From positions 96,001-160,000 of the forward strand of contig CAWABA010000001.1 of assembly GCA_963780185.1 (NCBI GenBank): a stretch of DNA of 64,000 nucleotides, read 5' to 3'. Made by a program: the position numbers and the translations under genes. A model generated the notes under the pieces. The model worked only from the letters and a program-made list of their open reading frames with translations, made no database searches and was not told the origin of the DNA. The DNA is from Candidatus Bathyarchaeota archaeon. Its GTDB lineage: Archaea; Thermoproteota; Bathyarchaeia; Bathyarchaeales; Bathycorpusculaceae. Positions 53,074-63,647 of this stretch are shown here, piece by piece; position 1 is the first letter of the stretch, and each line of letters starts with the position of its first letter.

Positions 53074-53277
53074 TTGACTAAATGCCCTAATTGTGGAGAA
53101 GAAGCTTCAAAACCTAAGAAATCATTCGAAAACCAAGATTTCCACGTTCATGCCTACACATGCAGAGTATGCGGAGCAGACTTCAAAGAAGCAAGAGATG
53201 GTTTTGACTCTGAAATCATATTGAGAACACCGTTAACAGAAGCTATGCTTTCTTGTCTGCATTCTGAATCAATGTAA
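53074..53277 (+). CDS. Small zinc-ribbon protein
   Basis: CPNC...CRVC; TATA-like tttatacttataaaa upstream; paralog of 4568..4696. Confidence 0.65.
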   Translation: MTKCPNCGEEASKPKKSFENQDFHVHAYTCRVCGADFKEARDGFDSEIILRTPLTEAMLSCLHSESM

Positions 53278-53490
53278 GCCACTGTTTTTTCTTTCAATCG
53301 TTATCCGCATACTTCGAAAGGGTTTTGCCGTCTTCTAAGGTAGAAAATCGTTACTTAAGTCGTTTCCATAGATTTCTTCTAAATGAACATGGCAAAAAGG
53401 CTCCCGAAAGATACTGCCTAAAAGGACGCAAACAAGAACCCGTATGCTATTTGGTTTTTGTCTTAAAAGATTTGCTAATCATAAAGAAAT

Positions 53491-54498
53491 TTACGTTGAT
53501 TGCCGAGAATTTTTCAGAACCTGCCTAAAAAGCGCAAGGCACTGCTTAAGTGTCGGCTCTATTTCGCCTGTGCCGCTTACTCCTGACGCCATGGCGTGTC
53601 CTCCGCCGACTCCCCCCAGAAACTCGCCGAGAGGCGCCGCAATGTCCTTTCCCAAATTCACGCCTGCCTCCTCCGTGAATTGGCGGGTGCAGCGTAGGCT
53701 TACCTCGATTTTCCCGTTTTTGAGCCCTGCCACCGCCGATGCGTGGGCGCCTAAATCAACCAGCGACTTCGCCGCTGGAGCTTGAAAGGCGCTAACATGC
53801 GAAACAGCGATTATCCAGCCGTTGATCCTCACGATTTTGGCTCTTTTGCAAGCCTTCAGCTTAGCTAAACGTTCTGAAATGTCAATGGGCAAGGAAAACT
53901 CCTGCAGCGTCGCCTGCACATCTATGCCAACGCTGACAAGTCTGGACACGATTGCGAAGGTTGAGGCGCTTGCCAACGCGAAATGCCTTGTGTCAAAAGC
54001 TATTCCTACAAACAAAGCCTTTGCCTCGTTGAAGTCAGGCTTAACTTTTGCTTGCTTGAAAAGTCTGTACACTATTTCGCAGTTGGCTGGGGCTTTCTGG
54101 TCTACGATGCAGAGCTTGCAGATTGCGGTGGTTTCTGGGCTTGGGTAGTGGTGGTCAACGATTATTTTGGGTGCGGGTGATTTTCTTATGGTTTCCGCGA
54201 CTTCGTCAAGCTGCTCAATCGTGTTTAGATCAAGAAAAACAATGACCTCTGCCGATTCAATGTTCGGCTTAAGGTTGACTGTTATGGGCATGCGTTCCAG
54301 AAGCAGCTTAGCTGGTTTGTTGACGCCTTGGGGGCAGCCGACTTCAAACACGACGTCGGGCATAAACCGCTTCAGCAAGCCCTGCAAAGCGTAGGCTGAG
54401 CAGATTGCGTCAGCGTCGGCGCTGCGGTGACACAGCAAAAGAACAAAAGACGCGTTGGTTTCCCGTAGGATTTGAAGAAAATTTTGGAGTTCGTTCAT
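53491..54498 (-). CDS. DHH/DHHA1 phosphoesterase
   Basis: HRSADADA, VDHH, GIAFDT, GGGH. Confidence 0.9.
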   Translation of the reverse strand: MNELQNFLQILRETNASFVLLLCHRSADADAICSAYALQGLLKRFMPDVVFEVGCPQGVNKPAKLLLERMPITVNLKPNIESAEVIVFLDLNTIEQLDEVAETIRKSPAPKIIVDHHYPSPETTAICKLCIVDQKAPANCEIVYRLFKQAKVKPDFNEAKALFVGIAFDTRHFALASASTFAIVSRLVSVGIDVQATLQEFSLPIDISERLAKLKACKRAKIVRINGWIIAVSHVSAFQAPAAKSLVDLGAHASAVAGLKNGKIEVSLRCTRQFTEEAGVNLGKDIAAPLGEFLGGVGGGHAMASGVSGTGEIEPTLKQCLALFRQVLKNSRQST

Positions 54499-54782
54499 TT
54501 TAGCTTTCTCAAATATTTTTCAACGGCCCTATGTGCAGCCCCAGTGGCTTCCTTAACCAGCACCTGCACGTCTACGTCTTTGGCTTCAGGCGTTAACTCA
54601 AGATCGACTTCCACAGCGACTTTCAGCGGCTTTGACCCTTCAGCTTCCACGCTGATGTCCAACTTTTCAATCATTCTAGAAGAGACTTTGGAGAGAACCA
54701 GTTTTCTGGCTTCGTTCTCTGCTGCCGCGCATAAAGTTTCTATTTGCTCGGTGGATAGCTCTGGTATTCCAAGCTCATCCAA
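54495..54782 (-). CDS. DUF3194 family protein
   Basis: IPELSTEQIE..AE..ARK; conserved position between pfdB and DHH. Confidence 0.7.
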   Translation of the reverse strand: MDELGIPELSTEQIETLCAAAENEARKLVLSKVSSRMIEKLDISVEAEGSKPLKVAVEVDLELTPEAKDVDVQVLVKEATGAAHRAVEKYLRKLK

Positions 54783-54793
54783 CGGGGATTCAC

Positions 54794-55168
54794 CTAAGAA
54801 GTCGGTGGCTGATTTACTGGGTTGAGGTCTTCTTGGAGTTTTGTCTGTGACTCTTTTATTTGGCTGCGCATTCGTTCTTCTTGCCGTGCCAGAACGGTGC
54901 TTCTTGTGTCGAGCAGTTCTTTGCGTTCAACAAGTTCCTCGGTCACTTTCGGCTTTTCAGCTTTAACCAACAGTGAACCGACTGCCTTGTAGATGACTGC
55001 GGTATCAGCTGTTTTTGTAAGTTCAGCTATTGTCTGTTCTACTTCTGATTTTTCCATTTCAACCTGCTGTTTCTGCTGCAGAATCGTCTGAAGCGTTTGC
55101 TGTAGCTGCTGCAGTCTAAGAAGCCTTTCTTGGACGTTAGGCGGTAATCTTGAAAGTTCATCACTCAA
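54794..55168 (-). CDS. pfdB: Prefoldin beta subunit
   Basis: LPPNVQ..L...QQLQQ; IYKAVGSLLVK; coiled coils. Confidence 0.92.
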   Translation of the reverse strand: MSDELSRLPPNVQERLLRLQQLQQTLQTILQQKQQVEMEKSEVEQTIAELTKTADTAVIYKAVGSLLVKAEKPKVTEELVERKELLDTRSTVLARQEERMRSQIKESQTKLQEDLNPVNQPPTS

Positions 55169-55204
55169 ATTTTATCCTTCCGTACCCAGCAATAAGAGAA
55201 GCTA

Positions 55205-56560
55205 TTAATTAAGTATTTCCAACAAGCGTATGCGTTCCAAAAGCAGGCTAAATCCCTGTTTGGTTCCAATAGTAAACATGCTGGTAAGCCCACGTTGGCT
55301 GACAGGGTACTGTGGGTCAGCGTAAACAATGTCAAGGCTTACCCTGTACTCTGACAGCAAATCGCTTGTGGCTTGCGCTATCTGCAGGGTTTTGCCGTCT
55401 TGGAGCCAGAAACCCCAAATTGTGTCGTTAGGGTTACGCATGCCCCACCCGTAGTTCTGAGGCAAAACCAACACGGCGTCTGGACCGCTTAAATCAGGAA
55501 ATTGCTTATGGTGGATGTCGTTCCAGAAGCTTTGCATGGCGATTAGTTGTTCGTTTGTTAATGCGCCGTAGGTGCTTCCGTTGTCGTATGGGTAGTTGAA
55601 GACAGCGATGTACTTTGCGCCTGCTTCGTAGGAGGTGAGCATTTGGTCGTAGATTTGCGGTCCGCTGTCAAGGTAGTAGGGTTCATCGTTGTATTTCCAA
55701 GTGATCATTGCACCCCACTCTTTGTCCTGCATTCTTGCGGCTCCTTTCACAAGGGCGATTTGCTCAGCTACGCTGCAGTTCCAACCCAGTTCTGCGAACA
55801 TAGTGTCGTATCCGCCTAAGTAATCGTACCAATACAGGGCGTAGTCGGAAGTGAAGGTTTCAACGTCCGCGGCTTTCAAAGCGTTAAGTCCGCTGTCTCC
55901 TTCAAGGATGTCTTGGATGAAAAAGTTGGCTTCCATATCGTAGTTTGGAGGATGCGTCCCATTTTCCATGTACCCGAGCATCTTTAGGAGGATTTGGTCA
56001 AGGTCCTTGGTTGACTGTACATAATTCTGATCAAAGCTGGCTACTCTCGAAAAGTTGGTGTTCAAAAAATACTTCTGGAACAGCTGAAAATAAGCCGACC
56101 AATTGCCGTCCAGCTGAATCCCGCCCGGCTCGTCATTGTAGTACATTCCCAAAAACTTGTTGCCCCAAAGTGCCTTCCATTGGTCGGTAACGTTTAGTGA
56201 ATTCTGCCAGAACCAGTAGCGGCTTGCGTCCATGTGCTGCTGGATGCCGACGTTTACGATGATGCTTAAGCCATTAGCGACTGCGTAGCTGCAGATTTCA
56301 TCTACTGCTGTTTCGTTTTGGGTAAGAGCGTTTCTTCCCGCATCTAAAATGAACAGGTTTGTGTAGCCTTTCACTTTGTCTATGAGGACTTTGGCTTCCT
56401 GCGTGGTGTTTCCGCCGAAAGCTACCCCAACGTAAACGTTCGGGTTAGGTTTAGGTTGGCTTCCAATCGTGTAAGAAGTGTAGGCTCCCACTGAAACCGC
56501 CAGTATCACGATGAGGACGGCAGGAATCAAGAATTTCTTGACCCGCTTGAATTTGCTCAT
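55205..56560 (-). CDS. Membrane-anchored extracellular hypothetical protein (C-terminal frameshift likely)
   Basis: N-terminal TM; DKVKGYTNLF, YYNDEPGG, TSDYALYWYDY, YGWGMR. Confidence 0.7.
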   Translation of the reverse strand: MSKFKRVKKFLIPAVLIVILAVSVGAYTSYTIGSQPKPNPNVYVGVAFGGNTTQEAKVLIDKVKGYTNLFILDAGRNALTQNETAVDEICSYAVANGLSIIVNVGIQQHMDASRYWFWQNSLNVTDQWKALWGNKFLGMYYNDEPGGIQLDGNWSAYFQLFQKYFLNTNFSRVASFDQNYVQSTKDLDQILLKMLGYMENGTHPPNYDMEANFFIQDILEGDSGLNALKAADVETFTSDYALYWYDYLGGYDTMFAELGWNCSVAEQIALVKGAARMQDKEWGAMITWKYNDEPYYLDSGPQIYDQMLTSYEAGAKYIAVFNYPYDNGSTYGALTNEQLIAMQSFWNDIHHKQFPDLSGPDAVLVLPQNYGWGMRNPNDTIWGFWLQDGKTLQIAQATSDLLSEYRVSLDIVYADPQYPVSQRGLTSMFTIGTKQGFSLLLERIRLLEILN

Positions 56561-56742
56561 GGCTAAACCTGCAGGTGACTGATAACTTGTTCCATCCTTA
56601 ATGTTTTACTGTAAAACCCCATCTTAGCTGGAAAAATGGCAGAGACCAGTTTCGGTTTTCCAAGTAAACGTTGCAAAGCCGTTTGAGAAGCTTTTAAAGG
56701 AGTCCCGTTATTAACCAACAATGAAAAGGAAGCGAAAACAAG

Positions 56743-57114
56743 TTGGAGCGTGCCAAAGTTACAAAGGAGGAAATCCAGCAGCAAGATACTCGTTTCCTAG
56801 CAGTTTACGTTGAATCGAAAAATTCATGCATGGTGATGCTGAGCGAAAGAGAAGACAAGCTTGGAACCTTGGCGATAGCTGTTCCCAAACCCAAAGACGG
56901 CGTAGGCGCCGTAACGTCTTCGGTGCTTCTCGGCGACAAAAACGTTATTACCGCACGAATGTTCGCTGAGTACGTCGCTTCAAAAAAGGGAAAAATCGCG
57001 ATTGTTTCCGTTTACTTGGAAAAAGTAGGTGAGGCTGAGGCACAGGGGTTCTTCAACAAGCTGATTGAAAAACTCATCAAAGGCGACAGCCAAAAAGAGC
57101 CAACGGCAGCCTGA
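56743..57114 (+). CDS. Hypothetical protein, proteasome assembly chaperone PAC4-like
   Basis: KLGTLAIAVP..SSVLLG...AR.FAE.VA...K...VSV. Confidence 0.5.
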   Translation: MERAKVTKEEIQQQDTRFLAVYVESKNSCMVMLSEREDKLGTLAIAVPKPKDGVGAVTSSVLLGDKNVITARMFAEYVASKKGKIAIVSVYLEKVGEAEAQGFFNKLIEKLIKGDSQKEPTAA

Positions 57115-57156
57115 GAAAATGCTCAACGTGAAGCCTACTGTGAACAGGGAAACTCG

Positions 57157-57651
57157 ATGATTAGCAGACTAACAAACGCCGATGTACCAGCTATATCAGC
57201 CGTGGTCAACAGCGCTGCATTTGCCTACAAAGGGAAAATCCCCAGCGACATGTGGAAAGAACCCTACATGCCGAAGGAAGAGCTTGAGGCGGAAATCCAG
57301 AGCGGCGTGCAATTCTACGGCTTCAAGGAAAACGGCTTATTGGCAGCGGTTATGGGAATCCAACCCGTGCAGGATGTCACTTTAATCAGGCATGCTTACG
57401 TGATGCCTACTCACCAGCGGCGAGGGCTAGGAAAAGACCTGCTGGCGTATTTGCTGGGTTTAGCCGCGACGGGTCAGGTTTATGTTGGGACGTGGCAGGC
57501 TGCAGAATGGGCAGTGAAATTCTACGAGAAAAACGGGTTCCAACTTATAGCCGAGGCAGAGAAAAACAGGCTTCTTAGGCGGTATTGGCGGATTTCGCAG
57601 CGGCAGGTTGAAACGTCAGTAGTGCTCAAACTAAAAAGGCAACCCAAATGA
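57157..57651 (+). CDS. GNAT acetyltransferase
   Basis: YVMPTHQRRGLG; AVKFYEKNGF. Confidence 0.88.
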   Translation: MISRLTNADVPAISAVVNSAAFAYKGKIPSDMWKEPYMPKEELEAEIQSGVQFYGFKENGLLAAVMGIQPVQDVTLIRHAYVMPTHQRRGLGKDLLAYLLGLAATGQVYVGTWQAAEWAVKFYEKNGFQLIAEAEKNRLLRRYWRISQRQVETSVVLKLKRQPK

Positions 57652-58709
57652 AAGAAACCCTGCTGCTCAAAGTCGACTCTGAAAAGCCAGATGCTTCCAA
57701 AATTGAGGTTGCCGCACAATTCATCCGTAAAGGCGGGTTGGTGGCTTTTCCAACCGAGACGGTTTACGGTTTAGGTGCAGATGCGCTTAACGCTGACGCT
57801 GTCTTGGCTCTTTTTGAAGCTAAAAAACGGCCTTTAGATAACCCGCCGATAGTCCATATCGCCGACCAAAATGAAATTTACCGTTTGGTTGAAGAGGTGC
57901 CGAAGAAGGCTGAGTTGCTTATGGAGAGGTTTTGGCCGGGTCCGTTGACGCTGGTTTTTAAGCGGTCAAATCTCGTGCCCAGCGTGACTGTTGCGGGTTT
58001 AGACACGGTTGCAATTAGAATGCCCAAGCACAATGTGGCTTTAGCGTTGATTAGGCAAAGCGGCTGCCCGATTGCTGCCCCCAGCGCGAACCTCGCAGGG
58101 AAACCCAGCCCGACAAATGCTCAGCATGTTTTTGAGGATTTAAACGGACGCATCGACGTTATCTTGGACGGCGGACCCACAAACATCGGCGTAGAATCCA
58201 CTGTTGTGGATTTGAGCGTTGATCCACCTATGGTTCTTCGTCCCGGCGGCACATCTTTTGAAGCGTTAAAGCAGGTTTTCGGCGACATGCGGCTTCATCC
58301 TTTCGTGTTGGCTGAGGCTGAGTTGCCTCTGGAAAAGACCCGTTCCCCAGGAATGAGGCATAAGCATTACGCGCCTAAAGCAGAAGTGATCCTTGTAGAA
58401 GGCAACGTTCCAGCGGTGATGGTTAAAATCAAGGAGCTGACGGAGTTTTACAGGCAAAAAGGCGTAACGGTAGGTGTTTTAGCCACGGACGAAACCCAAG
58501 CCAGCTACGAAGCCGACGTGGTAAAATCTTTGGGAAGCCGCTCCAACTTGGCGCTTGTAGCTCAGAGCCTTTTCCGTTTGCTTCGGGAGGTCGACGCCGA
58601 AAACGTTGGGGTCATAATTGCCGAGGGTGTTTCTTCTGAAGGTCTCGGATTAGCCGTCATGAACAGGCTCCGCAAAGCGTCAGGCTACCACATCATCAAA
58701 GCAAACTGA
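57648..58709 (+). CDS. sua5: Threonylcarbamoyl-AMP synthase Sua5
   Basis: FPTETVYGLGA, KKRP.DNP, PSAN, SPGMRHKHYAP, MNRL.KA. Confidence 0.95.
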   Translation: MKETLLLKVDSEKPDASKIEVAAQFIRKGGLVAFPTETVYGLGADALNADAVLALFEAKKRPLDNPPIVHIADQNEIYRLVEEVPKKAELLMERFWPGPLTLVFKRSNLVPSVTVAGLDTVAIRMPKHNVALALIRQSGCPIAAPSANLAGKPSPTNAQHVFEDLNGRIDVILDGGPTNIGVESTVVDLSVDPPMVLRPGGTSFEALKQVFGDMRLHPFVLAEAELPLEKTRSPGMRHKHYAPKAEVILVEGNVPAVMVKIKELTEFYRQKGVTVGVLATDETQASYEADVVKSLGSRSNLALVAQSLFRLLREVDAENVGVIIAEGVSSEGLGLAVMNRLRKASGYHIIKAN

Positions 58710-58712
58710 TCT

Positions 58713-59612
58713 TCACCTATGAATCAAAGCAAGAAGGTCATCCATATCCATCGTTGCGACGCAAATCACGCTGTCAGCGGCTCCATAGTAGATGAAAAGG
58801 CGGTCATCGATGATCACGTTGCCGCAACTGAAAACAACGTTTGGCACCTTGCCGAAGCGTTCGTAATCTTCTTTGGGACCCAAAATATGCTCTTTTGAAC
58901 GGTAAAGAACCTGCTCTGGATGGTCACTATCAAGCAGGGCGATGCCAAGCGAATAGACGCGGTCCACGCTTACCCCATGGTAGATTACAACCCAGCCTTC
59001 GTTGATTTTTATCGGTGTGCCTCCGACGCCTATTTTCCAGTTGTCCCAGCCTTCAACCTGTGGGCTCATCACACGAGAGATGTCGCACCAACGCAGCAAA
59101 TCATCCGAGTAAGCTATGCAGATGTCAGGTTCAATTCGATGAAGCATCACGTATCTTCCGTTGACTTTCTGCGGAAAAATCACGCCGTCCTTGTTTCGGA
59201 TGCCTGGAAACGGCAGCCTCCGTGGTCCCCAATTCCACTGGCCCTTGACGAAATCTTCTTTGGCTATGGTTGACATGGCAATCTGGTAGACTTGCATATG
59301 GCTGTATTCTCTGAGCGCTGTGTAAGTCATGACAATCTGATCGTTCACCTCGGTCAGTCTTGGGTCTTCGCATCCGTCCTTTTCGCTTTCAGTCGCAGGC
59401 TCAAAAACCGGGTTGGGAGTACGTTCTTTTATGCAATAGCCGTCGAGGGATGCGGCGTAGCCGAATCTTGAGGTACCGTCGTTGCCTATTGCCCTGTAGA
59501 GAAGGTGGACTTTGCCGCCGATGTAAATAGCCGCTGGATTAAACACTTCTCTTGACTCCCAAATGTGGTCTTCAATAGGCGACAAAATGGGGTTGTCTGA
59601 AAAGCGTTCCAT
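58713..59612 (-). CDS. GH130 glycoside phosphorylase/hydrolase
   Basis: FNPAA, LYRA, CEDPR, NKD, YHGV, PNVVF.CG, YYGAAD. Confidence 0.9.
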   Translation of the reverse strand: MERFSDNPILSPIEDHIWESREVFNPAAIYIGGKVHLLYRAIGNDGTSRFGYAASLDGYCIKERTPNPVFEPATESEKDGCEDPRLTEVNDQIVMTYTALREYSHMQVYQIAMSTIAKEDFVKGQWNWGPRRLPFPGIRNKDGVIFPQKVNGRYVMLHRIEPDICIAYSDDLLRWCDISRVMSPQVEGWDNWKIGVGGTPIKINEGWVVIYHGVSVDRVYSLGIALLDSDHPEQVLYRSKEHILGPKEDYERFGKVPNVVFSCGNVIIDDRLFIYYGAADSVICVATMDMDDLLALIHR

Positions 59613-59621
59613 AGAAAGTTC

Positions 59622-60038
59622 CTAAGTTGAACTCGGTATCGGCGTTTGGATTCCGTGAATTTCGTCAAAGAAAGCTCTGAGCGAAAAAAGCCCAATGACC
59701 TTTCCGCTTTCATCTGTCACAGGCAGGTGCCGTATGTTGTGGGACAGCATTAGTCGTTTGGCTTCGTGGAAAGAGGCTTCAATCGGCACAGTGACTGTGT
59801 GCCTGCTCATCACTTTTCCCAGCGGTTGATCTACTGGAAATTTCTGAGCAATTATGCGGATTGCGTCGCGTTCAGTGAAAATCCCGATGCACCTTTGCTC
59901 TTCGTCAACTATAACAAGTGACCCCACATGCCTCTCGCTGAGAAGCCGACACGCATCCAAAATGGACGTGTCCTCTTTCGCAGTCACAACTTTCTTGCAC
60001 ATGATGTCTCGGATTCTAAGCATGGGTTCACACATCAT
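59622..60038 (-). CDS. CBS-pair protein
   Basis: Two CBS repeats (GIFTERD; IRHLPV). Confidence 0.88.
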   Translation of the reverse strand: MMCEPMLRIRDIMCKKVVTAKEDTSILDACRLLSERHVGSLVIVDEEQRCIGIFTERDAIRIIAQKFPVDQPLGKVMSRHTVTVPIEASFHEAKRLMLSHNIRHLPVTDESGKVIGLFSLRAFFDEIHGIQTPIPSST

Positions 60039-60093
60039 TTCATCACCAAAAAACAAGAAACTTCCACTAAAAGAAACCTCGCGGCTCACTTCT

Positions 60094-61149
60094 TTAGGTT
60101 TTTCTTCTAAACCCCTCCCGTTTCAACCGCTCAAGCTTCAAACGAGCCAAAAGGTACGAGACACATGATTCTGCACCTTGATTCAGGTTTACCCCTCTTG
60201 AACTTAACCCGTCAAAGCATCCTCCCGTCTCGGCGCAGTATATTGTTGCTTTAAGGCTGTTCCTGCCCAAAAACCACTCAAACGCTGAGTTAGCAACCTC
60301 CAAGTAATCCTTGTTGTTTGTCGCGTAGAAAGCGTCAACCGCGGCTTCAACCATAGCTGCCGCCTCCAACGGTTGCTGGTCGTAAAGCGCCCGTTTTTCG
60401 CCCCGTCTGTACCATCCGTCGTTGCCGATCGGCACAAAAACGCCGTCTAACATTTGGGTTTTAATTAGAAAACCTAGGGATTCTTCGGCTACGTCTAAGT
60501 GTTTTTGATCGCCTGAAAGCATGTAGGCTTCGAATAGGGCTTGAGGCAATCTGGCGTTGTCATATGTGAGGCAGCACTCAAACCACCGCCAATCACTTCC
60601 AGCTTCACCTTGGTACATCCACACAAGGCTGTTAGCCAACTTTTCCGCGTCCTCTGCAATCTGTTCCTGCGGGATAGCTTGATAGTACTGCGTGAGCCCC
60701 AAAATAGTTGAAGCGTAGAACCTTGGCGGCTTCGATTTCCAAACCCACGGCAAAGCCCTCTCGAAAATTTCCTTGCAAGCCATTTTGGTCTGATTTGGGA
60801 AAGTGGAGTTGACTGCGCACCCTAAACTCCAAAGCGCGTGACCCACTGAGTCCTCGGAGCCATTAACATCCAAAAAGGTTCGCTCGTAGCTTAAGCAATT
60901 GTGAAAAGAGCCTTCGGGTTTTTGCATGTGATTGAGGAAAGCCAAGTAAACGTTGGCTAACGCTTCAATTCTCGCGTCTTTTTTTAAGCTTTGGTATCTT
61001 ACGCAGGCGATTAAGGCGCGGGCGTTGTCGTCGGTTGTGTAGCCTTCTTTGCGCAGTGGAACACAGAACTTGGCGTGTTGAAAAAGGCCTGTGTCATCTG
61101 TCATGTTCTTGAGGTAGTTTATTTTTACAGGCGGAAGCTGGATGGCCAC
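60094..61149 (-). CDS. Alpha/alpha-toroid protein usually associated with GT4
   Basis: MTDDTGLFQHA, GYTTDDNARAL, LTYDNARL, DQQPLE, NQGAES. Confidence 0.8.
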   Translation of the reverse strand: MAIQLPPVKINYLKNMTDDTGLFQHAKFCVPLRKEGYTTDDNARALIACVRYQSLKKDARIEALANVYLAFLNHMQKPEGSFHNCLSYERTFLDVNGSEDSVGHALWSLGCAVNSTFPNQTKMACKEIFERALPWVWKSKPPRFYASTILGLTQYYQAIPQEQIAEDAEKLANSLVWMYQGEAGSDWRWFECCLTYDNARLPQALFEAYMLSGDQKHLDVAEESLGFLIKTQMLDGVFVPIGNDGWYRRGEKRALYDQQPLEAAAMVEAAVDAFYATNNKDYLEVANSAFEWFLGRNSLKATIYCAETGGCFDGLSSRGVNLNQGAESCVSYLLARLKLERLKREGFRRKT

Positions 61150-62339
61150 TCCTCCTCAGACTGCCGAGTTAGCTCATCAAAAAGGGCCAGGTACTTTTTT
61201 GCAACTGAAGGCCAAGTGAATTTTCTGCTGTACAAATAAGCCTTATGCTCCAGAGACTTTCGAAGCGTCGGGTTCCCGATTATCTCCGTTACTTTTTCAG
61301 CGATGGAGTCTGAATCGTGGAAACGGCAAAAGACGCCTCGTCCCTCCCCCAGAGCCTCTTTAGCATGCAGATAAGGCGTAGAAACTATGGCTTTGCCTGC
61401 TCCCAACGCGTAAGACAAGGTGCCGCTGCTAACCTGGTCAGGAGAAAGATACGGCGTTACGTACACGTCTGTTGCCTGCAAATAGTTTATCAGCTCAGGC
61501 TTCGAAAGGAACCTGTTCAAAAACTTCACGTGACCGTTTAGGCCGAGGCTTTTGGCTTTCTGCAAAAGCATGTTGCGGTAGGCTTCTCCATCCGTTTTCT
61601 TCACCTCGGGATGCGTTACTCCTAAAACATAGTAGACTATTCTTGGTTCCTGCTTAATTATGGCGGGAAGAGCTTCAATGGCGTATTCGATTCCTTTGCC
61701 TCTGCTTAGCAAACCAAAAGACGACATCACAACCCTGTCTTGCAACCCCAGACTAGGCTTAGCTTTTGAACTTGGGACAAGCGCAACATCAGGGCACCCG
61801 TGAGGAATCAACTTTATTTTTCGTGGGTTAACCCCGTAGCTTTTAACCAGCTCACCAGTGGTTTTGTTGAGCACAATTACCGCTGAGCTTAAGTCAACGA
61901 TTTTGTTAAAAACCTCTTTTGCCTTTGGCTCAAAGTTGGGAAGAACCGTGTGAAGTGTTGTTGCAATGGGTTTTTTCAACTTATTCATGAAAGCAACGAT
62001 GTGCTCGCCGAATTCACCGCCGAAAATACCGAATTCATGCTGAACATTAACCACGTCTACTGCAGATTGGTTTAAGAACTCAGCCATAACCACGTAATCT
62101 TCGATGAAGTCACGGCCAATTTTATGCTGCACGCCGTCATGTACAGGTTTGAAAAGTCGGCGTCCATCGATTGAAATGACTTTTTGGTCTCTCAGCTTGT
62201 TAAGCTGGCTAATGTGATTAATCAAGTCGTTAGTGAAAGTTGCAATTCCGCATTTTCTTGGCGGAAAAGTGCTTACGTAGGCAACCTCCTTAACACTAGC
62301 CCGCGTAGAGGCGTCTAGAACATAGTTTGCCAACAACAA
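61125..62339 (-). CDS. GT4 glycosyltransferase
   Basis: PRKCGIATF, QHEFGIFGG, GLLSRGKG, SGTLSYALGAG. Confidence 0.9.
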   Translation of the reverse strand: MLLANYVLDASTRASVKEVAYVSTFPPRKCGIATFTNDLINHISQLNKLRDQKVISIDGRRLFKPVHDGVQHKIGRDFIEDYVVMAEFLNQSAVDVVNVQHEFGIFGGEFGEHIVAFMNKLKKPIATTLHTVLPNFEPKAKEVFNKIVDLSSAVIVLNKTTGELVKSYGVNPRKIKLIPHGCPDVALVPSSKAKPSLGLQDRVVMSSFGLLSRGKGIEYAIEALPAIIKQEPRIVYYVLGVTHPEVKKTDGEAYRNMLLQKAKSLGLNGHVKFLNRFLSKPELINYLQATDVYVTPYLSPDQVSSGTLSYALGAGKAIVSTPYLHAKEALGEGRGVFCRFHDSDSIAEKVTEIIGNPTLRKSLEHKAYLYSRKFTWPSVAKKYLALFDELTRQSEEEWPSSFRL

Positions 62340-62482
62340 ATCACGTTATATAGTGACGTTTGGCAGATTTTAAGCCCATGTGATTGCATCGTTACAGTCA
62401 CAAAGGCGACTTTCAACATACTTTCCCATGAAGTTTATATGTTACCTTGACAAATGTCTGCTTCAGAGGGAGAGGGGGATTC

Positions 62483-63376
62483 TTGAAACGTTTCGAACGA
62501 AATCCCATATTGGAGCCAATTAAAGAGAATTATTGGGAGGCTCAATCAGTTTTCAACGCTGCCGCAGTTTACGGCAACGGTTTAGTCCACATCGTTTACC
62601 GCGCGATGGGAACCGACAACATCTCAAGGCTTGGCTACGCCACATCCGTCGACGGATTCACCATCAAAGAGAGATTTAACACGCCAATTTTCAACCCAGC
62701 TAACCACGCAGAAAGCAGCGGCTGCGAAGACCCAAGGCTCACCGTAATCGGCGACGAATACTTTATGGCTTACACGGCTTACCGAAACCACGATTACCCA
62801 GCGGTCTACCAGATTTCGCTAACGTCGATAAAAACAAAAGATTTCCTTAATCGGCAATGGAACTGGAAAGAGCGGATTCTGCCGTTTCCAGGGGTACGTA
62901 ACAAAGACGCCGTGATTCTTCCAGGCAAAGTAGACGGAAAATACGTGATGTTCCACCGCATCGAACCAAGCATCTGCGTAGCTTACTCGGAAGACCTCAA
63001 GAAATGGTGGGGTTTCAAGTCGATAATGGAGCCACGCGACAAAATGTGGGATGACCAGAAAATCGGCGCCGCAGGCACACCTATCGAGCTCAACGAAGGC
63101 TACCTATTCATTTATCACGGAGTAGACCAAGCAAAGAATTACTCGCTTGGCGCCGCACTGCTTGACAAAAGCAACCCTGAAAATGTGCTTTACCGCTCAG
63201 AAAAACCAATACTGACGCCCTGCGAACGTTACGAACGCGTCGGCGATGTCCCGAACGTCGTGTTCAGCTGCGGAAACGTACAGTTAGATGACCAAGTCAT
63301 CGTCTACTACGGCGGCGCAGACAGCGTACTGTGCGCTGCAAGCTACGAACTCAACGAGTTGCTACCCAAAAAATAA
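62483..63376 (+). CDS. GH130 glycoside phosphorylase/hydrolase (second copy)
   Basis: FNAAA, CEDPR, NKD, YHGV, PNVVFSCG, YYGGAD. Confidence 0.9.
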   Translation: MKRFERNPILEPIKENYWEAQSVFNAAAVYGNGLVHIVYRAMGTDNISRLGYATSVDGFTIKERFNTPIFNPANHAESSGCEDPRLTVIGDEYFMAYTAYRNHDYPAVYQISLTSIKTKDFLNRQWNWKERILPFPGVRNKDAVILPGKVDGKYVMFHRIEPSICVAYSEDLKKWWGFKSIMEPRDKMWDDQKIGAAGTPIELNEGYLFIYHGVDQAKNYSLGAALLDKSNPENVLYRSEKPILTPCERYERVGDVPNVVFSCGNVQLDDQVIVYYGGADSVLCAASYELNELLPKK

Positions 63377-63647
63377 GGCAGCTTTTTCCAAGCCGTTTTC
63401 TTGTCGGCTGCCACTTTTTTTGTCTTTTCTAAGTTTATGTTGGAGTAGAATTACAGTCACATATTCTTAAATCAAGCCTCCAAAACTATGATTCTGTGAA
63501 TACGTCTAAAGACTGCCGATGATTCTTATTCTCCGTTAAAGAGCTGTCACGTGTAGAGTTAAGGAGCTAAAATCAGCAGCGAGGCTGTTGAATCCGTTCT
63601 TGTCAAAGGGAAAAACCAAATTAGGTGATGGTCTAGGAGGTGAAGAA

